From assembly GCF_009914755.1 (NCBI RefSeq), contig NC_060926.1: 64,000 bases of DNA; one strand, 5' to 3'. The position numbers were made by a program, and so were the translations under genes. The notes under the pieces were generated by a model. It ran no database searches. It was given only the letters and a program-made list of their open reading frames with translations, and had not been told where the DNA came from. Source of the DNA: the human T2T-CHM13v2.0 reference genome, Homo sapiens. Of this stretch, positions 55,891 through 64,000 are shown one piece after another (position 1 is the first letter of the stretch; every line of letters begins with the position of its first letter).

Positions 55891-56224
55891 CTAAAATTTA
55901 GGGGAATATAAAACAAAATAAAGAACATGAATTAAATAATATTTTGAAAGACCCCACACTATAGATTAAGCCCCCAAAAGAAATTTATTCAAAATGAGTA
56001 AAGAAGAAAATGGAAAACGGGGTAGAAAAGACTCATAGTAAACTAGAAATCAGAAAACCATCAGAGAAGTGTCTACTCTGCCACTTCTTAACAATATTAC
56101 CTAGTGGCAGCCAAAGTTATAAGTAGTCCACATCATGAAATACTTTAGAAGCATATGTTTTTTAATCCATAAATTGGAAATAACCATTTACTAACTTTCT
56201 TATCTCAAGGAGTTTATTGTCAGG

Positions 56225-56338
56225 CTTGTAGGTAAACATTCCTTGTAAATTGTAAAGTGCTTTATAAATATGAGTTATTTTCTTGTAGGTAAACATTCCT
56301 TGTAAATTGTAAAGTGCTTTATAAATATGAGTTATTTT
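56225..56338. repeat. Perfect 57-bp tandem duplication
   Basis: CTTGTAGGTAAACATTCCTTGTAAATTGTAAAGTGCTTTATAAATATGAGTTATTTT occurs twice (56225-56281, 56282-56338). Confidence 0.95.
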
Positions 56339-57037
56339 AATGTGCTGGTATTAAAACACTGGCTTAGGTTGGCCTTTTTTTTTTTTTTTTTTTGGCTCTT
56401 AATTGGCAATTGGCAGTTAGCACATAAAAAGCCCTTGAGTCGTTTTCATTTAGGAGAAGGAAAATTGATCCCTTTCTACTTTAGCTCTCTCAGTAGACAC
56501 AGAAAAGCAAGTCGGGGGTGGGAGGGGTCTCCCGTGAAATAACTGCTTTCTGCCAGAGTCCCAGCAGCACAGCAAAATGCCTACAGCCTTTTTCTTAATT
56601 GGGAAAAGAAAAGCGTGAAACAGTCCCAAAGAGTGAATATGTACAACAGTTGCATAAACGATGACAAAGCATTTTTTAGTAAAGTCTTAAATGAAAAGCC
56701 TTTCTCTATGTTAACTCTTAAATCATGTTATCTATTTTTATTAATAAAGATATAAATTGACCAGCAGTTGATGTCTTAAATATTTAGCAATGACTAGATA
56801 AGAAGCAAGGATCCGCTGTAGTGTACTTCATTTATTTCAGGCTTGCTTTAAATTTGTTTTATGAGTCTGATAACATTAAAATAACTTGAACACCAACGTT
56901 TTAAAACATATTAAAAGCTCGATGAAGAAATCTGTAAACAGAGATAAATAAATATGTGAAGATCTTGTAAGCGGCTCCTCTGGCATTTATAGTCCTATAC
57001 TCAAAAAAAAAAAAAGACACTCTTTGCAGTTGTGCCA

Positions 57038-57054
57038 GTGCCCTCTAGCGGTCA
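57038..57054 (-). promoter_or_regulatory. CTCF-binding motif
   Basis: Reverse strand TGACCGCTAGAGGGCAC fits the CTCF core CC(A/G)(C/G)(C/T)AG(A/G)(G/T)GGC(A/G)(C/G); unique DNA with locally retained CpGs. Confidence 0.6.
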
Positions 57055-57395
57055 GTGTGGTGTCTACAATTTTTTTAAGTCATTCCCGGCCTTCAAAACG
57101 TGCTGACCACCTCCCATTCTACCAGCCAGCCAAGAGGAAAAAAAAAAAAAAATCAGCCAACCAATAGAATAATCAATTTTCTATAATGCTAGAGACTTAG
57201 AAAAAAACACGCAGAATAAAATAAAGAAAAATCATACATCATGGTTAGAAATACAGCTTTGTACATTAATGGAATCTCAACATTTTGAAGAAAGAAGATT
57301 CCATCTCGTGGTTCTTTTCTTTTATGGTCAAAGACGGACTTGAGAATTTTAGAAAAGCTGTGGACTTTCTTCTCAGAAAAAAAAAAAAAATGTGC

Positions 57396-57674
<279 letters not shown>

Positions 57675-59977
57675 TCAGGGGTTCATGTAACACCTGAAGG
57701 CCTTGCATCCTAAATTAAAGGCTTGGGGTTTTATATACCTCTACACATCCCAGGTTCCATAGGTTAAAAATCCTGTCTGAAATGGTGAGTTTAAAAATCA
57801 ATTTGGAGAAGGACATGTACAGAATGACTGTATGCAAAATAATACTGTATAGTTTCTATGTATATATAGTAAAAATATGCAAACTATGGAATAGTGAACA
57901 TTGAATTCATGAGAGTTGTTACCCTTCAGAGCAAGAAAGGGTAATGAGATGGGGAAAAATGAAGGTGGCCTCAGTTATGCTTATACTGCATCATTTATTC
58001 AGAAACTATTGAAGCATATACGGCATATTATTTTAATAAAGCTTGGTGGCAGATGTATAATGAATTTTCATTATTTTATTTTCCATTCTTATCTATAAAG
58101 TTGGTATATACCCCAAAATTAAAAGGTTTCATTCAAAAACCTGAAATTATTATAAGATCTAATTCCATTGTCATGTAAAAAAGGTTATTTTTCCAAAACA
58201 TCCAAATGTAAGTTCATGTTCTGAGAAACATATTTAATTCTCTCTTGTATAAAATCACCCAAGCTTATTTTCAAATACAAGCTAAAATGTTAATATTAAA
58301 AAGCAAACCATTGTTCTCTTCACAGAGTCCTCAAGTAGATAAGCCTTTATTTTTATGGCCATAATTTGATTTCTTGATAGGGAAAGAAGGAGAAAATTCT
58401 TCTGAAACTAATGTTATATTGGAACAAAATTTATTATCGATCCATATTCATTCTACTACCAGATATAATGAAAGTTTGGATAAGGTATTATTCTTTCTGG
58501 GGATTTTATGTATAGCAAAGTCAGTGTGAAGCCGACTATGTCATTGCTTGAGAGTCTGAACCTAATCGCCACTTAATTGATTCATGCTTGTAGCTGCACT
58601 GCTGCATAGCATCCCAGAGTGCTCAGATGCTACCTGTCAGGTGCATCCCATCACAATGCAAAGCAGCAGGTCTTGTGCCTGCCTTGATTTAAATGGAATG
58701 CTGGAGGAATGAAGCAGCCCAGGCAATCTGGAAGGCTGGTAGGGAAGAGGATCAGCTTCTGTTTCACCTCCCCATTGATAAAACTGACAGATCCCAGGCA
58801 GGCCTGAGGAGGTAAATTATGACCATAACATTAGCTAACTGTGGGGTAATATACACTGCTGGCCTATGGGGTCAGATCAAAGCTCCAGTCCTCCCTGTCC
58901 TTGACACCTAAGGAGAAGCAACATTAATTTCTGAGGATCTTTATTGGGCCACAGTGTTGAGGCAGAGCGTGGAACTTTTAATGTCATGGTAAGAAAAGGA
59001 GGCAGAAGCTTATTCTCTAACTATGCTCTCCAGTTGGATTAGGGATTTTAGAGACTCTGTCATTTTGGACTTGTCTTATTAAAATGATGTCTCCGCCAGC
59101 TGCCGCTCTAGCAATTAACACAGGCCTGCTTTCCACCTAGTAATGAACTCCTCCAACGGCCTTTTCTCACCAACCACCCACACCCCACTTCCTATTGCCA
59201 CAGGAAGGCCTGGCCTGGGGTAGAGTGTCTAGGTTTTGGGCGTAGGGAACCATCCCACCTATATTCTATTTTTCTTTGGATTTCTCTCTCTCTTTTTTTT
59301 TTTTTTTTTGCCACTAGAGTGAGATCTGGAGGAACTTCATTTAGGCCTCTGACGAAAGACACATAGGAATGTTTTCAGCCCTATGTAGTCCAGCACAATT
59401 CGCCAGGTCTAGGAATTCCAAAAAGGATTTTGGCACCAAACCCAAACAGTAATAAACAGTGTGCACAGGCCAGGCCTCACCATCAAGGCATGGATTGTGT
59501 CTCTTATGGGGAATCTAGTAGACATGGTTGTGACTGTAAGTGGTTTTTTAGGGATTTGGTGATCTTGAGTCCCGGCCTAATATCAACTCAGAAATGACTG
59601 GCATATACCCTTGGAACAGTGTAGAACTGGGGGAAAGATAATAGGCAAAATGAAGATGGAGACATCTTGTATGAATCACCATCTCATGGCGTGGAACTAT
59701 CAACTTGGCTTTTCCAAATACATGATGTTCCTGAAACCTCTGAATTACATCTCTGAATATTTGGATATTTAAGCTATTTTGATGCCTTGCTTACATTTAA
59801 GCTACCTTCCAAAGCAAATTCTATCCATCCTAATTGCTTTCAAACCAATCTTGCCTTAAAAATATTCCTACAAATCAACTGGTGTTGAATATTGATATAA
59901 GTAAATACTCTCCTTTAGACTAGAAAACCAGCATGTTTCATCACCAAATTTTTAAAAAGCAATTAATCTTCTCTTAC

Positions 59978-60087
59978 CCATATTGAATAAGAATTCACTT
60001 TAGAATTTCCTTCTCATGAGGCAGAGCTTGACATTTAACAATTCTCACGTTTCATTTTCAGAAGTAAATGAGTATGCTGCAGTTAAC
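59978..60087 (-). other. Candidate minus-strand exon (110 nt; alternative donor gives 60049-60087)
   Basis: Branch-like CCTAAC, CTCTCAG| acceptor, TGG|GTAAGA donor (alternative AAC|GTGAGA). Confidence 0.25.
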
Positions 60088-60451
60088 CTGAGAGTTGATT
60101 CATAGTTAGGAATACAGGGAGTAACGTGGGGGAAATACCTCCTTTCTTTAGCTCAGGGGAACACACTGAGTGCCTGTAAAGTTACCCACAGTGCTATCCA
60201 TATCGACTAGATTGTAGTCAAGTAAGGGCATACGATCAAGGTGCCATCAGGACCTAAGCAATATTCATGATCTCTGACAATATGGATCATGCACTGAAAT
60301 TCTACAATTGTCCTTAGAGAAAATCAAAAGTTTATAGCACCACTTTTACCATAGAACATTTTTTCTTTTGGAATGGGGACAAAAAAAAAAAAGAAAAAAA
60401 AAGATTCATGGAAAGGATTTGGTCTCTGAATGCAGGTGAACCTGAATTTGA

Positions 60452-60863
<412 letters not shown>

Positions 60864-60869
60864 TATATT

Positions 60870-61020
60870 CAGCTCCTATTGTGGCTGTAACAAATTACCA
60901 AAAGCTTCAAGGCTTAAAACAACACAGATTTATTACATTTCTGAAGGTCAGAAGTCCTTCAGCGTCTTGAGCAAGGCTGTGTTTCCTCTGGGCACTCCAG
61001 AGGAGAATGTTTCCTTGCCA
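60870..61020 (-). mobile_element. MLT1 (MaLR) LTR fragment
   Basis: GGCTGTAACAAATTACCA..GGCTTAAAACAACACAGATTTATT..TTCTGAAGGTCAGAAGTCC. Confidence 0.75.
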
Positions 61021-61134
61021 CGGCATGGCCCCACTACTATAGCATTTTGGACGCTATAAAAAGAAAAATCTCCTAGGCCAAATTGCCTCTACATTTCATT
61101 GTAGACACAATTAACTAAATTTATTCTTCTACAG

Positions 61135-61478
61135 CAGTGATTTTCAAACTTTTTGGTCTCGAAACCCCTTTATACTCTTAAAAAATATTACAGACTCCGA
61201 ACGGCTGTAGTTTACGCAGGCTCTATCTGTCAATATTTATCATATTTGAAATTAAGATTGGTATTACAAGAATACACGAAGAGCACAGAAGCACACATTC
61301 CATTAAGCATCGGAACAATGATATCATTACACGTTATGGAGCCACTGTAAACCCCATTCATGAAAGAATGGGAGTGAAAAAAGCAAATAACATTAGTACT
61401 ACTATGAAAAGATCTTTTACCTTGCAGACCTCCTGAAATGGTTGTAGGAGTCTCTGGGCCACATTTTAAGAACTGTTG
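61135..61478. mobile_element. Charlie4-type hAT element
   Basis: CAGTGATTTTCAAACTTTTTGGTCTC..CCCCTTTATACTCTTAAAAA ... CCACATTTTAAGAACTGTTG. Confidence 0.7.
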
Positions 61479-61819
61479 TTCAGCTGGTGTGAAAGAAGGC
61501 GCAACAGCTAAAGAAATGCCAATTCTAAATCTCTCAAAGCAATCATCATGCTGACTATGCCCAGAACAGCACAGCAGCCAGTGTGGCCTTCTGCTGATAG
61601 GAAAGACCGAGCAGTCTGACTCTATCCTTTCCCTAAAGACTCTGGCTGTGGGCAGCCTCCATTCCCTGTGGTGTTGGAATCAACCAATGAGGAGGGGAGA
61701 AAACGCTTAGAAATAGTTTGAACAATAATAGAGTCAGCAGTTATAGTTGGTTCTAACATATTTTTAAAACTGCATTGTTATGATTCTGATGATCATACAC
61801 AGTGCGGGAACTACTAGCT

Positions 61820-61998
61820 ATTTCACCTATATATGAGTAAAACATTTGGGGAAATTTCCCTCTGGTTCAGCTGGTTATGCTGTTCACGGAGGTCCTTGAC
61901 ATTTGCCCAGCGGAGTCATCACCTGAAACCACGGGCAGCTGAACCCTGGGAACTTGCCTCGGTGTTTATAAATACCTCAGTTGCATCAGGACCCTACA
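61820..61998 (+). promoter_or_regulatory. Candidate TATA-type tissue-specific promoter
   Basis: TATAAATA 61967-61974; CAGCTG E-boxes at 61868 and 61936; palindromic GGGAAATTTCCC 61849-61860; CArG-like CCTATATATG 61826; pyrimidine/purine start site about 30 bp after the TATA. Confidence 0.5.
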
Positions 61999-62146
61999 GG
62001 TGAAAGATCTTGATACCACACAGGTATAATTACAATCTGCAAACCTACTCAAGGGGAGTTGCAGGTGAAGATAAGGAAGTCAGCCTCATTCCATTACCTA
62101 ATCAGATTCTCAGCCAAAGACAAACAGCAACATATGGGACTTTAAG
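61997..62146 (+). other. Candidate first (probably non-coding) exon
   Basis: Begins about 30 bp after the TATA and ends at a strong donor AAG|GTGAGC; its only ATG gives MGL*. Confidence 0.45.
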
Positions 62147-62165
62147 GTGAGCAGGGAGCCGACAG

Positions 62166-62451
62166 CAGCGCTACTCAAAATGTGGTCCGTGATCTGCATG
62201 GCTCTCAGAATTGTTTGTTATTGGTTCATGGCAAGTAAAGCACAGAAAATGAGAGTAAGGATTTAAAACATTTGGAAGTTTGACAATAGTTGTGTATCTG
62301 TTGAAACTAATCATTTATAAATGTGTTTCTATTTTGCATGACTTTTTCATTTTCCATTGTTTTGCTTCTTCAGTTTTATCAAAGTATTGGTCTGTAACAA
62401 ATTGTGTGTGTTTTGTTGGGGACTGATCCATCAGTAATTTGTCAAGCACTG
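62166..62451. mobile_element. MER102-type hAT-Charlie element
   Basis: CAGCGCTACTCAAAATGTGGTCCG..CACAGAAAATGAGAGTAAG ... TTTGTCAAGCACTG. Confidence 0.75.
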
Positions 62452-62605
62452 ATCTAGAGGTTAAGGCCCTTTGGTCTGTTGGTTGAAATGTAATAACTAA
62501 TTTTTTTAGACAAAAGAACTGATTTTACCTGGATATGATCTTTCTTAAAGTTTATTTCAAGTTTGATTAATCTCAATGAAACTCTGAAGTCTAAATTTAA
62601 TGTCA

Positions 62606-62905
<300 letters not shown>

Positions 62906-62911
62906 AATATG

Positions 62912-62967
<56 letters not shown>

Positions 62968-62983
62968 TATATATACATATTTA

Positions 62984-63144
62984 ACTGGGCATGGTGGTAT
63001 ACACTCGTAGTCCCAGCTACTCAGAAGGTTGAAGTGGGAGGATTGCTTAATACTGGAAGTTTGAAGCCGCAGTAAGCTATGATTGAGCTACTGCACTCCA
63101 GCATGGGTGACAGAGCAAGACCCTGTCTCAAAAAAAAAAAAAAA
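62984..63144 (+). mobile_element. AluJ-type right arm
   Basis: GGGAGGATTGCTT..GCTATGATTGAGCTACTGCACTCCAGC..CAAGACCCTGTCTC plus poly(A). Confidence 0.85.
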
Positions 63145-64000
63145 GCACATTTAGGTTTGACAATTTCAGGGCTAAATAACAAATTAATTAGCAGTTATTA
63201 TGTTCATCAGACATAAGGCTATTTAATATCATTTCTTTTGCCTGATTGAAGGTTTCCAGGCTTTCAGGAAGCAGTACTATTTAATCAAATACCAATGGCA
63301 TACTTGTGTCATGCAATGTTACGTTCCATAGGCAATAATAAAAATGCTATCAAGGAAAAAGTCAAGAGAAGTGGCTGTGGTCTAGATAAATGAAATACAA
63401 TGTAATTAAGAATATGGATCAGAAAACTTAATTTTAAAAAAGCAATTTTCTTCTTTAGGTTTGTCCTATCTTTACAGTTGTATGTAAATTTTTAACATCC
63501 AGTACAGATCTCATAGTGTTATTATCGAAGCTCACAGTTGAAAGTGCTTGTTTACAAGTGTTTATCTTGCCAAACAGATAAACATTAAGGTGCCCTGTAA
63601 TGGGTTTTTGTTTTGAGTTCATCCACTGATTTGTAAAATTCTGAGTGAGTAGATCCCCTGTGTAAAAGGCTTTTAAATTTGCAAGCACAGGAGTTCAATC
63701 AATTCCAATTGTTGGAGTGGGACCAACATCCTTAGGTGAAAGAAAACATTACTTGATAACTCCTTTTATCTTTTTTAAGCTGAGAAAAGCGGCAGTCTCA
63801 TTCAAGTGCCAACTTCCCAATGAGAAACACACACTTTCTACTTTATCTCCAACATAAGGCAGAAAGAATAAGAGAATTCAGCAAGCAAGAGAATATTACT
63901 TTGTATATATCTGAGTATCTGATAGCCATCATGTCAGAAACAGATCGCATATTGAAGGTTTTGCACTTCATGGATACAGCAGTTATTAAATGGACTTATT

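Noticed and set aside
63931-64000. ATG in a good Kozak-like context opening MSETDRILKVLHFMDTAVIKWTY at the window edge
   Set aside because: Too short, unrecognised and truncated by the window; cannot be supported as a CDS.

Overview
Human genomic DNA, identified by a near-consensus human-specific AluYb8 at about 5.06-5.37 kb. The window is AT-rich and dominated by interspersed repeats. I found no intact protein-coding gene that I can name, and no RNA gene, CRISPR array or non-repeat CpG island. Main content: (1) two full-length but inactivated L1PA (about PA4/PA5) elements in direct orientation (7.3-13.4 kb and 40.0-46.2 kb), each with its own target-site duplication (TSD); (2) two ERV9/LTR12 solo LTRs facing each other, one split by the first L1 and one inserted into an AluJ; (3) about 30 Alus plus old L1M, L2, MIR, CR1/L3, MER4, MLT and DNA-transposon relics. 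Nearly all ORFs in the track come from these repeats. The unique DNA at 48-64 kb contains a plausible minus-strand terminal exon with a poly(A) signal, a strong CTCF motif, and a TATA/E-box promoter with a first-exon donor on the plus strand; I cannot name the gene(s). The most unusual observation is that the two independently inserted L1s share at least ten non-consensus substitutions and a 243-bp identical tract, which suggests ectopic gene conversion across about 33 kb. I do not see evidence for a new multi-gene biological system. Repeat subfamily calls rely on recalled consensus sequences, and the boundaries of old repeats are approximate.
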